A DNA stretch of 55,985 nt from Octopus sinensis (Eukaryota): NCBI RefSeq assembly GCF_006345805.1, contig NW_021836829.1, positions 1-55,985 of the forward strand, in the 5' to 3' direction. This document shows positions 1-13,658 of this stretch, in pieces (the stretch's first letter is position 1; every line of letters starts with the position of its first letter). A program made the position numbers and the translations under genes. The notes under the pieces are model-generated. The model saw only the letters and a list, made by a program, of their open reading frames with translations, did no database searches and was not told the origin of the DNA.

Positions 1-743
1 AAATTCTCAGACTGCAGTTTCTTTCTATTTAGCAAACAAGATAATTTATTTGCCCAGGGAGAATTCATCAGTGAGACCCTGTTTTTCTGGGATCCTAACT
101 CACTAGAAGCAGTGCATCTATGAGTTACTCTTCCTAACTAATCATATCACTGCGCAGACTCCGAACGTCCCGACAACACTAGGGAATTCTGGTATATCGC
201 CTGGCGCTCATAATTTATCGAGAATATGTAAACAAATCAAATTGCGATAAAATAAAAAAATAATTATAATCGCTGGTATTACTAACACAACCACATATTT
301 TTTTCATATCAGTACATTAAGGCGAAATATGTGCTAGGAATACAGAAGCTTGATAAATTAAGTGAAATGAAGATAAAAACATTTACTAACCGGAAAATTC
401 TCAGACTGCAGTTTCTTTCTATTTAGCAAACAAGATAATTTATTTGCCCAGGGAGAATTCATCAGTGAGACCCTGTTTTTCTGGGATCCTAACTCACTAG
501 AAGCATGTGCATCTAATGAGTTACTCTTCCTACTAATCATATCACTGCGCAGACTCCGAACGTCCCGACAACACTGGGAATTCTGGTATATTCGCCTGGC
601 GCTCATAATTTATCGAGAAATATATGTAAACAAATCAAATTGCGATAAAATAAAAAAATAATTATATCGCTGGTATTACTAACACAAGCCATATATTTTT
701 CATATATCAGTACATTAAGGCGAAATATGTGCTAGGAATACAT
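1..743. repeat. Tandem duplication, period ~394 bp (1-~343 vs 395-~743)
   Basis: AAATTCTCAGACTGCAGTTTC... starts at 1 and again at 395. The copies differ almost only by 1-2 nt indels. Confidence 0.9.
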
Positions 744-755
744 ATATATATATAA

Positions 756-861
756 AGGTGCAGGAGTGGTTCCTTGGGCAAGTATCTTCTGCTATAGCCC
801 CGGGCCGACCAATGCCTTGTGAGTGGATTTGGGAGATGGAAACTGAAAGAAGCCCGTCGTA

Positions 862-908
<47 letters not shown>

Positions 909-1079
909 ATGTTTGTGAGTCTGTGTTTGTCCCCGTTACTTAGCGGTTCGGCAAAAGAGACCGATAGAATAAGTACTGGGCTTACAATAGAATAAGTCCC
1001 GGGGTCGAGTTGCTCGCTTAAAGGCGGTGCTCTAGTATGGCCGCAGTCAATTGACTGAAACAAGTAAAACAGTAAAAGA
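756..1079 (+). mobile_element. SINE family A, internally deleted copy
   Basis: Shares CCTTGGGCAAGT..GGGCCGACC..GAAACTGAAAGAAGCCCGTCG, a central (TA)/(TG) tract and the 3' GGCCGCAGTCAA.TGACTGAAACAAGTAAAA with other copies in the window. Confidence 0.85.
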
Positions 1080-1090
1080 TATATATGTAT

Positions 1091-1128
<38 letters not shown>

Positions 1129-1806
1129 GTAATATATATATATATATACAAATATAAGTGCATATATGAGCTTTACCCAAAAAACGTCTGCGCATGCACT
1201 TGTGAAAAAGCTATGTGGATACCCCCAATTTTTACATTAGCTTAAACGCATATACACAAACACATTTCAAAAAACGATATGCATGATTTTAACACATTTC
1301 TTCTTGGAGAATTTAAACGCCTTTCATCAAGCGTTTGTATGATAACGTTAGACCTAGGACTCAGTCACAATAATGACAAAGGCGTTATCAACAACAACAA
1401 CAACAACAACAACAACACAGCAACAACAACGACAACGATAACAACACTAACAGACGTGTATATAAGAAAACTGTGGAAGAAAAGCACTGAACGACACGTT
1501 GGCAATTTGGCGATAAGAGCGTTATTGTAAAAAAAAAAATTGTAATTTTCGGTATCGATATTACTTAAATGCATTGATGAGGCATATCTTATGGTAACTT
1601 GTGATGTTTCGGGTGTCAGGGGGGAAAGGCTGGGTGGGTGAGCAGGGTGGTGGTGGTGGTGGTGGTGGTGGTGGCTGTGGCGTATGTTTTAGAAAAACAC
1701 CAGCGAAAATAAGATATTTCAAAAGAGGCTGAAAACATAACACATATACTCTTTCATGTTTCTATAGTAAGTGTATGTATATGTATGGGTGTGTCTACAC
1801 CGTTAC

Positions 1807-1809
<3 letters not shown>

Positions 1810-1839
<30 letters not shown>

Positions 1840-2020
1840 CGGTATACACATATACAGAATTATATAATTATATTGCCATAGAGACACGTGTGTATAAATA
1901 TTTATATCTTTCTCTTCTTTTACATACGTATATATATGTATATATATATAGTATATATATATATATAATATATATATATATATATTACATATATATTATA
2001 TATATATACATATATATATT

Positions 2021-2051
<31 letters not shown>

Positions 2052-2400
2052 GCGTATATGTATATATGTATTTATATGTATGTATATATTTGTATGTACG
2101 TATTTATTTCAATATATATGATATATATATATATATATTGAAATATTTAACACAAATGCACATACATACGCATATATATACATATGCACATATAATATAA
2201 ATATATACAAATATGTATATATGCATACATATACTTATATATATATTGGTGTCCTGTACTCATATATGCGTGTATATGTACATGTAGAGGTAGGTACGTA
2301 CATATATGTTTATATATATGCATATGTTTTATTTCATTTATTAATATATATATATATATATATATATATACGTGCGCACACACACATGTATATATATGAA
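1810..2400. repeat. (TA)n-rich compound microsatellite
   Basis: Directly visible. Confidence 0.9.
2245..2345 (+). mobile_element. Family P3 terminal fragment (opposite orientation to the other P3 copies)
   Basis: GGTGTCCTGTACTCATATATGC..GTAGAGGTAGGTACGTACATATATG..TTTATTAAT is the reverse complement of the motif at 22938, 41128 and 55697. Confidence 0.7.
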
Positions 2401-2441
2401 TGAGTATGAATTGAAAGTAGAGAGCTACTGTGTGTGAGAGC

Positions 2442-2474
<33 letters not shown>

Positions 2475-2819
2475 TCAGAGCGAGGGAGAGAGAAGCAAAA
2501 AGCGGGAAATAAGAATTGGGATGTGAACAAATCTTATGCATTATTCTCTGAAATAGACAGTAGTTAGAGACTTAGATGTATACCCCCACCCCAACTCTCG
2601 CAATAAAAAAAAGTGAAAAAAAAAATGAAATAAATAGCGCAAAAAAACAAAACAAAACGCAAGCACAAGAATGTACAACTATTTTCCGATTAATATCAAA
2701 AGAGTTACTAAAACGTAACGTTTTATAGTATGCTGAGAATAGAGGAAGTAATTCTAAAGAAATGGAAGAACTGGTTTTATTTACTTTTTTTAAAGGCACT
2801 ACTTTGGTCTTAATAGTGA

Positions 2820-2889
2820 TAAATATATATAATATACATACATAATATATATATATATATTATATATAGATATATATATACATACATAT

Positions 2890-2921
<32 letters not shown>

Positions 2922-3130
2922 CATACATACATAATATATATATATATATATTATATATATATATATACGTACATACATATATATATATCTATATATATAT
3001 ATTATATATATATTATACTATATAATATATATATATATATATAGATATATATATATATATATATATTATATACATATATATATATATGTATATGTATGTA
3101 ATATATAGATATATGTGTGTGTATATGTGT
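2820..3130. repeat. (TA)n microsatellite
   Basis: Directly visible. Confidence 0.9.
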
Positions 3131-3902
3131 TTATTTATTTCTGTCTTTATTCGTAGTGTTTCTTTTGACTGTGTAAGCTGTTCAGTTTGAAATTATCCTT
3201 TGATTATAGAACAAAAGAAATTAAACGAGAGAAACGACGAAAGGAAAAGGAAAACGAATGGAAAGAAAAACTATACAAAACATAATACATAGGACACACA
3301 CACAGACAAAAAGAAATGCATTAAAAATAAATGAAAATAGAATATAAAGATAAATATGTAACTGAAACAAAACACTAATCACCATTCTTTATTTGGAAAT
3401 GGTTCGGCGAACAAGGTCATTATTTCTTAAAAGTGATGCAAATCTAAGAGACTTCACGGTGTATTTCAAAGATGGAATAGAGAGAAAATAAGAGAAAGCG
3501 AAACCACAAAAAAGAAAAAAAAAACAAAACAAAAGAAAACAGGGATGAAATAAAGAAAGTAAAAAAAAAAAAAAGAAACAGAGAAAATTGTCTTTGATAA
3601 ATGTCAATTAACAGTGAAGGATGTTAGCTGTGATTTTGTGATGTTAATACAGACTTCTCCTTTTTGTTGTTTTTAATTTTGTGTCGCTCCTTTCTCTAGT
3701 TTTTGTTGTTATCAATTTCAGTTGGGTTGTTGTTGTTGTTGCTGTTGTCGATAATGGTGCTGTTGCTCTTGTTGTTGTTGTTGTTATTTCTTTTTTTTCA
3801 AGACCTTCAAAGTCTGGTAACTGTAAGATAAGCTTGCACGAGATACAGCGACTAAAATAAATGGAAAAACTACACTAAAATAAATAGCTAGATAATGAAA
3901 TT

Positions 3903-4068
3903 TCTACTACTACTACTACTACTAATAATAATAATAATAATAATAATAATATTAATAATAATAATAATAATGTGGTGATAATGATTATGATGATGGTGAT
4001 AATAATAGTAATAGAAATAATTATGATGACACTAATATTTTAATAATAATAATAATGATAATGACAAA

Positions 4069-4100
<32 letters not shown>

Positions 4101-4262
4101 GAATAATAATAATAATAATAATACCAATAATAATAACAAAAATAATAGAAATAATAATAATAATAACAATAATAATAATAATAATTATGATAATAATAAT
4201 AATAATAATAGCAATGATAATGATGATGATGATGATGATATGATGATGATGATGATGATGAT
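3903..4262. repeat. (TAC)/(TAA)/(TGA) trinucleotide microsatellite
   Basis: Directly visible. Confidence 0.9.
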
Positions 4263-4484
4263 ACAGTAGCTATAGATAAATGCAAAAAAGGAAGGTATAA
4301 AATTCGGTGTTACGTCGGTACATAGTCTACATTCGAAGATAACGCAACTCTTCAGAAACATTAGATGAAAGAACCAGGATATCATTTCCCTTCAACGCCA
4401 TATTGAATGACGTGGATACAAACTGAATAACGCCATTTTATATATGTTAATTGAATTCATCATTTAATTTTACGCCGGATTTCC

Positions 4485-4560
4485 ACTCACACACACGCAC
4501 ATACACACACATACACTCACACACAGACTCACATATTCACACACACACGCACACACACAC

Positions 4561-4593
<33 letters not shown>

Positions 4594-4858
4594 ATATATA
4601 TAAACACATATATACATATCTATATAAATTTATATATATATATATATATAAACATATAAATACATATCTATATACCTTTCTATTTATATATATATATATA
4701 AAGACATATATACATATCTATATACATTTCTATTTATATATATATATATAAAGACATATATACACACACACATATATATATATATATAAACACATATATG
4801 CATATCTATATACATTTCTATATGTATATAAACACATATATACATATCTATATGCATT

Positions 4859-4915
<57 letters not shown>

Positions 4916-4990
4916 TTATTTATATATGTTTACATATATGTATGTATGCATTTATGTATGTATATATGTGTGTGTGCTTGTGTGTGTCTA
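4485..4990. repeat. (CA)/(TA) microsatellite containing a ~50-bp higher-order unit
   Basis: ACATATATACATATCTATATACATTTCTAT recurs about 5 times between ~4605 and ~4865. Confidence 0.75.
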
Positions 4991-5424
4991 ATCAAGCATA
5001 TCTATATCTAAATATACATTTTTCATTGTATAAATACGTGCATGTATGATTGCTTTGTGTACGATCTTCGAAATTCGCTTTATCCCTTACGGGCAACAAA
5101 CAAGTCTTTGACAATTTCGGTAACATGAACCATCCGTTTTGAATTAAGTAGCATAGATGAATATGCCACGAAATAATTGAGAAATTACTTCTCAAGAATT
5201 ACAAAGTCTACCATCAATAAGAGAACGAAAAGGGAAGAAGATAGAGGAGAAGAATAAATTTTAAGAAATGCAGAAGCCGTATGAGCAAAAGGCAAGACAT
5301 TCTATTGATCAAAGTTCTATTTTTTTCGAAGGGAATACAAGATATACACAAGAAGTAAAAAAGATTCTTTTCTGTTAAATGCAGTGTTAACTTGGAAGTT
5401 TAGAAGTTACAAAAAAGACTTTAC

Positions 5425-5486
5425 ATACATGTATATATATATATGTATTTATATATATATATATATATATAATATACGCATATACA

Positions 5487-5518
<32 letters not shown>

Positions 5519-5576
5519 CATTTGTATGTAAATATATGTATATATATATTATATATATATATATTCATATATATTC

Positions 5577-5608
<32 letters not shown>

Positions 5609-5689
5609 ATATATATATATATACATATATGCCCATATATATATATATATATACGCATATACATACATACATACGTATACATTTGTATG

Positions 5690-5739
<50 letters not shown>

Positions 5740-5751
5740 TATATATTCATA

Positions 5752-5813
<62 letters not shown>

Positions 5814-5841
5814 AACATATAAATACATATCTATATAAATT

Positions 5842-5872
<31 letters not shown>

Positions 5873-5876
5873 TACA
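5425..5876. repeat. (TA)/(ATAC) microsatellite
   Basis: Directly visible. Confidence 0.9.
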
Positions 5877-6021
5877 TGAATGTATGTGCATGGTTTATTT
5901 ACATTTAGTAAAACAATCAGATGATGGGTATTCTAAGTAACGGTGTTTTAGATGTATGAACGATATTCCGAGTGACTTTTCAGACGCGAATTATTTTTTA
6001 AAATCCCTGTTTATTCACCCA

Positions 6022-6110
6022 CTGCTGCTGCTGCTGCTGCTGCAGCCCCTTCTTCTTCTTCTTCTTCTTCTTCTTCTTCTTCTTCTTCTTCTTCTTCTTC
6101 TTCTTCCTCC
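6022..6110. repeat. (CTG)n(CTT)n microsatellite
   Basis: Directly visible. Confidence 0.9.
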
Positions 6111-6678
6111 TCCGTCTCCTCTTCCTTCTTCGCCTTATCCTACCACTCCACCACACTCATCCTTCTCTTCCTTTCCTCTTCCTATTTCCTCTCACCGTGC
6201 AAAACTTGGAGTAACTTTATTTACCGATGTGTGCTGATGGCTAATTCCTCAGAAGCATTGAGCGACTACGTTTATTATGATCGCTTTCCATGCAATTGTG
6301 AGATTTCCATGTCTAAAGATTTAGTATACATACATATACACCCACAGACCCACTTACATACACACACACATATCTACATACATACACAGACATACATACC
6401 AACATTTACATACACACACATACATACATATATACATATATATGACATACTTAGACGCACACATGTGTTTTTGTTTCCTTTTCCTACGATGTTCTGACAG
6501 CCAGTTATTTTATTTACCGATAGTCTAAGTATCAGACTTGAAAAAGATTTTAAGAACATTTTAAGTTTCCCATTTGTGCAAACGTTTAGATGCTGACTTC
6601 TTGGAATATTCCTAACATATGCACAAGCATACGTACATACGTATGTAATACAAACATATATATGTATGTATATATATA

Positions 6679-6875
6679 ACGGGAAGGTTTACGAAAATAA
6701 ACAAAAGACGAAGGCAGGTGGAGTACAAACAAACAAATGTATTAGTATAGCGCTCGGGAATAGAAATAGAAAAAGTCTTTTACGTTTCGAGCCTATGCTC
6801 TTTGACAGAAAGATACACAGAAAAAAACAAGGAAACAAGGAGATAAAAATGCGTGTAGGAGCTAACGATCTATCA
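6679..6875 (-). mobile_element. Family P1 short element with hammerhead-like motif (Penelope-like terminal repeat or retrozyme-like)
   Basis: Near-identical to 16513-16731 and abuts (TA)n. Minus strand reads CTGTCAAAGAGCATAGGCTCGAAACGT at 6782-6808. Confidence 0.6.
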
Positions 6876-6894
6876 TGGCATATATATGTATATA

Positions 6895-7095
6895 CAGTGG
6901 TTGGACGAAATAATGGAAACACCTAGCATCATAGCATCATAATTTAGAAATATCTATAAAACCGTCAAAAGCTTGTTTATTTTTATATTTTTTGATTTAT
7001 TATTAGTTTTGCTTAATATGTTTTGCTAAAATTGCTGTATCTATTCAGATATCATTAGGAAAAGGTAATTAAAATTAATTAAAAATGACATATCT
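6895..7095 (+). mobile_element. Probable Tc1/mariner-type transposon terminus
   Basis: TA followed by CAGTGGTTGGACGAAATAATGGAAACACC, typical of Tc1-family TIR starts. No partner TIR found; SINE A truncates it. Confidence 0.45.
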
Positions 7096-7096
7096 A

Positions 7097-7422
7097 TCGA
7101 CCTCAGGACTTATTCTTTGTAAGCCTAGTATTTATTCTATCGGTTTATTTTGCCGAACCGCTAAGTAACGGGGACACCAGCATCGGTTGTTAAGCGTTGT
7201 TGGGAGGACTAACACAGAAACACAAACACATACACACACATAAATATATATATTTACGAGGGGCTTCTTTTCAGTTTCCGTCTACCAAATCCACTAACAA
7301 GGCTTTGGTCGGTCCGAGGCTATATTAGAAGACACTTGGCCAAGGTGCCACGTAGTGGGACTAAACCCTGAACCATCTGGTCGGTAAGCAAGGTACTTAC
7401 CACACAGCCATTCCTACGCCTA
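7097..7422 (-). mobile_element. SINE family A (3' end missing)
   Basis: Reverse complement of the family A consensus, including the tRNA-like head. Confidence 0.85.
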
Positions 7423-8124
7423 TATTTTCATTAAAGATCGCTATTTAATTTTCCGCACAATGTTACTAAGTGTATTTAAATTTTATAAAGATAAAATATT
7501 TAACCAACTTCTTAGATTTCTCTATCAGTAAAACTGATACCCAAGATTTTATGGATTTGGATAATTATCTTAAATAATATGCAGAACTCGTGAGCACCAC
7601 TAAAGTTGATGTGCATGTGACCTGTTTATTTAGATAAAAGTTTTTAATGAGAGAGTTAATTTAAAATTTATTAGTAATTGCATTTCGAGAATTACAACGT
7701 TTGTACCGTACTGGTGAGCATATTTATGGAATCATAACGGTGGATAAAAAAGAGGATCTGCTTGTATATGGCACTCCAAAATGCTGTGGTCGTTTAATCC
7801 TAGATCATCCGATAAAACTCTGATGGAAGGCATCCAATAAAACTGTGATGTAATGCATTCCCGCGTTGACCTACTACTACAACTACAACTACTGCTACAA
7901 GTACTGATAATAATAAAAATGATGATGATGATGATGATGATGATAGATCCATAAAAGACAATGGAATGACAACAACCGTACGACAGCAACAAGAATAACA
8001 GCAATGAAAATACTACTACTACTACTACTACTACTAACAACAACAATAATAATATTGATAATAATAATAATTAATTATTTTATTATTGATAATAATAATA
8101 ATAATAATAATAAGGGTTACAAAT

Positions 8125-8545
8125 TTTGTCACTAGGGACGCAATTTTGGGGAAGGGGATGAGTCTATTACATCGACCCCAGAGTTCAACTGGTACTTATT
8201 TTATCAACTCCTGAAAGGATGAAAGGCAAAGTCTACCTCGGCGGAATTTGAAATCAGAACGTATCGACGGGTGTAATACCGCTAAGCATTCGATCTGCAT
8301 GCTAACGATTATTATTTCTTTATTGCCCACAAAGGGCTAAACATAGAGGGGACAAACAAGCAAATACAAACGGATTACGTCGATTACAACGACCCTAGTG
8401 CGTAACTGGTACTTAATTTGTCGACCTCGAAATGATAAAAAGCAAAGTCGACCTTAGCGGAATTTGAACTCACAACGTAACGGCAGACGAAATACCGCAA
8501 AGCATTTCGCCCTGCGTGCTAACGATTCTGCAAGCTCGCCGCCTT
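8125..8545 (-). mobile_element. SINE family B heterodimer (head + tail-1 body + older tail-2 body)
   Basis: Two copies of GAAAGGCAAAGTCGACCTCGGCGGAATTTGAAC-like sequence. One complete head ends CAAGCTCGCCGCCTT at 8545. Confidence 0.85.
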
Positions 8546-8566
8546 AAGGAAAATAATAATAATAAT

Positions 8567-8705
8567 CTCTACTCTATGCACAAGGCCTGGAATTTTAAAG
8601 GAAGGGCTTAAGTCGATTGTATCAGCCCCAGTGTTTCATTGATACTTAATTTATCGAACTCGAAGGGTAAACGGCAAAGTCGACGTTGGCGGCATTGAAA
8701 CTCTG
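8567..8705 (-). mobile_element. SINE family B decayed fragment (tail-2 type)
   Basis: GCACAAGGCC...ACTTAATTTATCGA...GGCAAAGTCGAC. Confidence 0.7.
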
Positions 8706-8889
8706 AGCCTTAATGATAATAATAAAATACCAACATAATTTAGAAGAAATATACAATAGAATTTATATTATAATATGTGAACTTTATCATAGAGGATGAC
8801 GAAGTGAAATAAAAAAATAAAACAGATGGGAATGAAAGTAGCTGAATAAAAATGGTTAAACGAAAGAAATATCAAATTCTTATATCTAT

Positions 8890-9227
8890 AGGCGTAGCCG
8901 TGGCTGTGTGGTAAGCAGCTTACTTACCAACCACATGGTTCCGGGTTCAGTGAATTGCGTGGCACCTTCGTCAGAAATTGGAAAAAGCCGGTCGTATATA
9001 TATATGTGTGTGTGTGTGTCTGGCTGTGTTTGTCCCCATTCCTCACTATCGCTTGACAACAGATGCTGGTATGTATACGTCCACGTAGTTTAGCGTTTCA
9101 GCAAAAAAAAAAAAGATGAAATAAGCACATGGCTTCCAAAGAATATGTCCTGGGGTTGATTTGTTCGACTAAAGACGATGCTCCAGCATGGCCGCATTCA
9201 AATGACTTAAAATAGTAAAGGAATAAA
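8890..9227 (+). mobile_element. SINE family A, internally deleted
   Basis: Head GTGGCTGTGTGGTAAGCAGCTTACTTACCAACCACATGGTTCCGGGTTCAGT; 3' GCTCCAGCATGGCCGCA. Confidence 0.85.
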
Positions 9228-9635
9228 CAAAAAAAGTAGCAAAATATCTAATTCAATTGTCATAATACTGCTTGTTTTAAAAGGGAGTATGTAATTTTAA
9301 AAGGGAGCTATTTACTTTTTGACATCACGTTACCAAGTTTTCAAATTTTGTTCAGATAATAGATTTAACAAACTTTGTCATTTATCAACTACGGTTAACT
9401 ACAGTTAATGGTATTTACGCTGTTTAATTAGATAAATTTTTGCTTTACAACATCGCTAATAGAATTTAATAGATTTTTATAATTGTATCGCAATCTGGAG
9501 AATATAATTATGAAATTACAGTTCTGGGTAAAAGCTCCTACTACTATATAAAGTGTTGAGTGAATTACATGCTATTATATAACATTCTGAGTCGCTGAGA
9601 TTGTTGAGTCGTAAGTCGATACCGAACGATAAAAT

Positions 9636-10415
9636 AAGGCGGCGAGCTGGCAGAAAGCTCAGCATGCCTGGCGAAACGCTTAGCGATGCAGAGGATATGA
9701 AGGCGGTAGTGATCGAAAAGCAAAACTACAAGAAATTGGAAGAAATGTGTGGAGATAGTATTGACCAACCAGGAGTAAGGGTGGAATTCAAAGAATTGCC
9801 ACCAGTAGACGATTTAATAGAAATTGAACCATTGATGAAGTGCAACTAAAAAAAAAATAAGTATGTTAAATTGACAGGAAAAAAAGAAAAGAAAAAAGAA
9901 AAAGGAAAAAAAAAAGAAAATGGAGAAAAAAGAGCCAGGTGTTTTATGTTAAGTTAAAAAAAATATTGAAAAATAGAAGAACAATTGTAGATAATGTATA
10001 TAACGGTTCAAATACTTGGAAGGTATGTAACGTGATAATTAATTGTTATGTAAATACATGATAAAAATGGACTGTAAAAAAGATTAATGGTACCGCGCGT
10101 GATGAGGGGCGCATGCAGCCATTCATAACCTCATTGTTATATAATCAGCTCATTCATATTCGTTTTATGTATTGTCCCCTCTGTGGTGTCCTCTCTGTCC
10201 TTGTTTGTCCCCCTCTATTTTGGGCCCTTGCGGCTAAGAAAGAAACAGGCATTTCGGCTGTCGCTACGTTCTTACTTTAAATTCTGCCGTGGTCGACTTT
10301 GCCTTTCATTCTTTCGGAGATCGATAAATCAAGTACCTATTGCGTTCTGGGGTCTATCTAATCGTTGGCCCCCCTTCACACAAATTTAGGGCCTTGTGCC
10401 TCGAGTAGAAAAGAA
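9636..10415 (+). mobile_element. SINE family B split by a ~560-bp insert that ends in the tail-1 sequence
   Basis: Head at 9636-9686 (AAGGCGGCGAGCTGGCAGAAA...GCTTAGCG). The body resumes at ~10248 (GGCATTTCGGCTGTCGCTACGTTC...GGTCGACTTTGCCTTTCAT) and ends in tail-2. Confidence 0.75.
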
Positions 10416-10627
10416 TACTGATCGATAAAGTTGTGATGAGAATCTTTCCTGCTCCAAAGAGCTAAACACATTTCGAAGTGCAAATGATCTAAATTCGCAC
10501 CCCCATTTTAAGACAGCCAAATTTGGTGTTGGCCAGATTTGAACTCTGAACTTAAAATGTCGCAAAATACATCTCAAGATATTTATTTCGGTGACCGCTC
10601 GAACTATTTCGCCAATCTGCAATATTT

Positions 10628-10945
10628 AATGATGATGATGGTGATGATGATGATGATGGTGATGGTGGTGGTAGTGGTGGATGATAATGATGAGGATGAC
10701 AGTGGAGGTGGTGATGATAATAACGATGATAATAACGATGATGGTGATGATGATGGTTTTGGTGGTGGAGAATGATTATGATGTTGGTGGAGGTGATGAT
10801 AATGTTGATCATAATAACGACGGCAACAACGAGGACGAGGATGATGTTCTTGTTGATAATTATGATGAGTATGATTGCAAGGGGTATGATGAGGATGTCG
10901 AGGCCGATGTCGATGAGGATAAGAATGATGACGATGATGATACTT
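10628..10945. repeat. Degenerate (GAT)/(GGT) microsatellite
   Basis: Directly visible; the source of the poly-M and poly-D ORFs. Confidence 0.85.
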
Positions 10946-11564
10946 TCTTCAATAGCCGCAAGTGCCGCAAAATATTCAGCATAATACAAAGGCGTGTGGA
11001 GCTTTACACAAACTCATTAAAATAATATGAAACATAACAAATAACAAGGAAAATTCCACAGCAGAATTCTTCAAAAGTGAGAAAACGTCACGCAGTCAAG
11101 GAACTCCACACATCCCGAGCAACTCTTGTGCCTGGTATACTATAGCCAATGCAACTCTCTACTCCACACGCCCCAGCTGACAGGCGCCATTTTAAAATAA
11201 TCTAACGCTCGATTTAACTTAGATATCTTCACCCAGTTTTCAAAAATTTCCTGGGGTTGGGGAACAGCATATACCGATCAATCCTCACTTTCTTTTCAGC
11301 TGGAACTTAAAGAAGAAAACAAAAAATAGTTGATGAAGATTAGCCGAAGAGGAAATTGTTTGTTTTCAGGCATTCTGGGGTCGTCCACGAAATGAAACGT
11401 TGATGTATCTTGGGTGCGATCTGAACACAGAACATAAAATATTGAAAGAAATACCAGAAGGTATTTTTCTCTCAACGTTCTAACGTTGAAGAGAATAGTT
11501 ACATAAATCTTAAACGAAGAATACGAATAGAGAACAGAGCAGAAACAATACTTATAAATACATC

Positions 11565-11753
11565 CATATATATATATATATATATTATATATAATATATA
11601 TATTATATATATATATATCTGTATATATATAATATCTGTATATATATATATATGCATATGTATAAATATATGCATATATATGCACACACATAAACATATG
11701 TACACATACACAGACACACACATACATACTCACACACACACACACACATACAC

Positions 11754-11810
<57 letters not shown>

Positions 11811-12022
11811 GATATGTATGTAGATATATATATGCATATGTTCAAATATGTATATTTATATGTGTGTGTTTGTGCGAGAATGTATGTATGTATGTACGTA
11901 TGTATGTAAACGAACGCAACAGAAAGATATAATTTAACGTTAAATATGATTAAAACTGTGACAATATAATTAAAATATATTATAGTAATATAATAATGAT
12001 AATAATAATAATAATAATAATA

Positions 12023-12062
<40 letters not shown>

Positions 12063-12065
12063 TGA
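11565..12065. repeat. (TA)/(CA)/(TAA) microsatellites
   Basis: Directly visible. Confidence 0.85.
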
Positions 12066-12331
12066 TTTCTTTTATTGGCCACAGAACATCTACTTAAAGA
12101 AGAGAGAGGAAAAAAGACAAGAAACCGTCTCCAGCAATTTAACACACACACAAGGGAGTTAATTTTCATTTCTTATGCTCTCAGGTGATTCAGTGCATGA
12201 TTAATTAGTTGACAATAAAGCTTTTGGTAAAATGCGGAAGAGAGCTAGACGTATATATATTTTCTTTTAACTATTTTGGTCTCTAAGTGTATATCTTCAC
12301 ACGTGAACCTACATATAAAGACCCATCGATT

Positions 12332-12448
12332 CATACATACATACATACATACATACATACATACATACATACATACATACATACATACCTATCTACATAC
12401 ATACATACATACATACATACATACATACATACATACATACATACATAC
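12332..12448. repeat. (ATAC)n tetranucleotide microsatellite
   Basis: Directly visible. Confidence 0.9.
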
Positions 12449-12612
12449 AAAAATGCATGCACACATACAAATTTGTGTGAATTTGTATATATGTATCTAT
12501 TCATTTCAAATATATATATGCATATATATATAAGCATGTAAAAATTTGTGCGAGTTTGTATGTATAAAACTATTCATTTTTCTTTCTCTATGTCTATTTA
12601 TCTATCTATGTA

Positions 12613-12648
<36 letters not shown>

Positions 12649-12750
12649 CACACATATATATAGAGAGACAGGTATTTATGTATGTATGCATGTATATACA
12701 TACATACATACACACACACATATATATATAATATATATATATATAATTAT

Positions 12751-13100
12751 AAAGTAAATCCAAACAAGAAATCACAAAAAAACACAACAACGCGAGGATG
12801 TGGAACAAATATAGTATTATTGGACGCTCAGGAAAGAAGGAAAGAGGGAGGGTCTAACGTTTCGAGAGGAGCTCTTCGTCGGAAACATAGGAGAAGCAAA
12901 GATCCAGAGAAGAGAAGACAGAGGAAACAAAATCGCCAGCGGTACACACGAGGTCACATTTTGTTCGGAAAACCCAAAAGAAAGACTGTTGAGAGAACAG
13001 CGAACAGGTGTATTAGTTTAACGCTCTGCAAGAATGAAAAATTCTTTGACGTTTGTAACCTACACTCTTCGGCAGAAAATGCTGAGAAGAAAAAATGGTG
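12751..13100 (-). mobile_element. Family P1, two adjacent units (12751-12960 and ~12990-13100)
   Basis: The first unit is near-identical to 30487-30695. Hammerhead-like motifs lie at 12857-12882 and 13049-13075 on the minus strand. Confidence 0.6.
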
Positions 13101-13578
13101 TATATACGTATACTTCAGTGCATTTGTACTTGTCTCTCACCATCTGTCACCAGATGGTAATTTGTTTCCGGCACCATCAGTTCGCTGATTTTCAAATCGG
13201 TCCTTGAGATTAGTTGTTAGGATGTCATAAAAGAAATATTGGAGCCGTTTCGAGGGACTACATATTTCACGTTTGAATCGCATTATGACCGCAATGCGGT
13301 TAGTGAAACAATATGGAGAGTAGGAATATTCGTACTACGGAATATTCGTACTCGACAGAAAATAAAGCAAAATCTCAACCGCGGAATAACTGAAAACGCC
13401 TTCGTAAAATATACCAAAATATAATATATGACACATAGAAACAACAAATCCCAAAAACCGCCTCTAGCAATCTAACAACTAAAACGAAAACTTCCAGGAA
13501 CCCGTTATAGAGAGACGAACCGGCAAATCGTTTTGTTGTATTAAGCTAATATATTCCTGTCAATAAATGCTGGCTCTT

Positions 13579-13658
<80 letters not shown>

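Noticed and set aside
10539-11025. Asp-rich and His-rich ORFs
   Set aside because: Degenerate (GAT)n is open in several frames on both strands, with no splice or homology support.
12682-13188. 168-aa basic ORF and its relative at 30559-30855
   Set aside because: Both are read through the non-coding P1 repeat, and the two copies are annotated in different frames.
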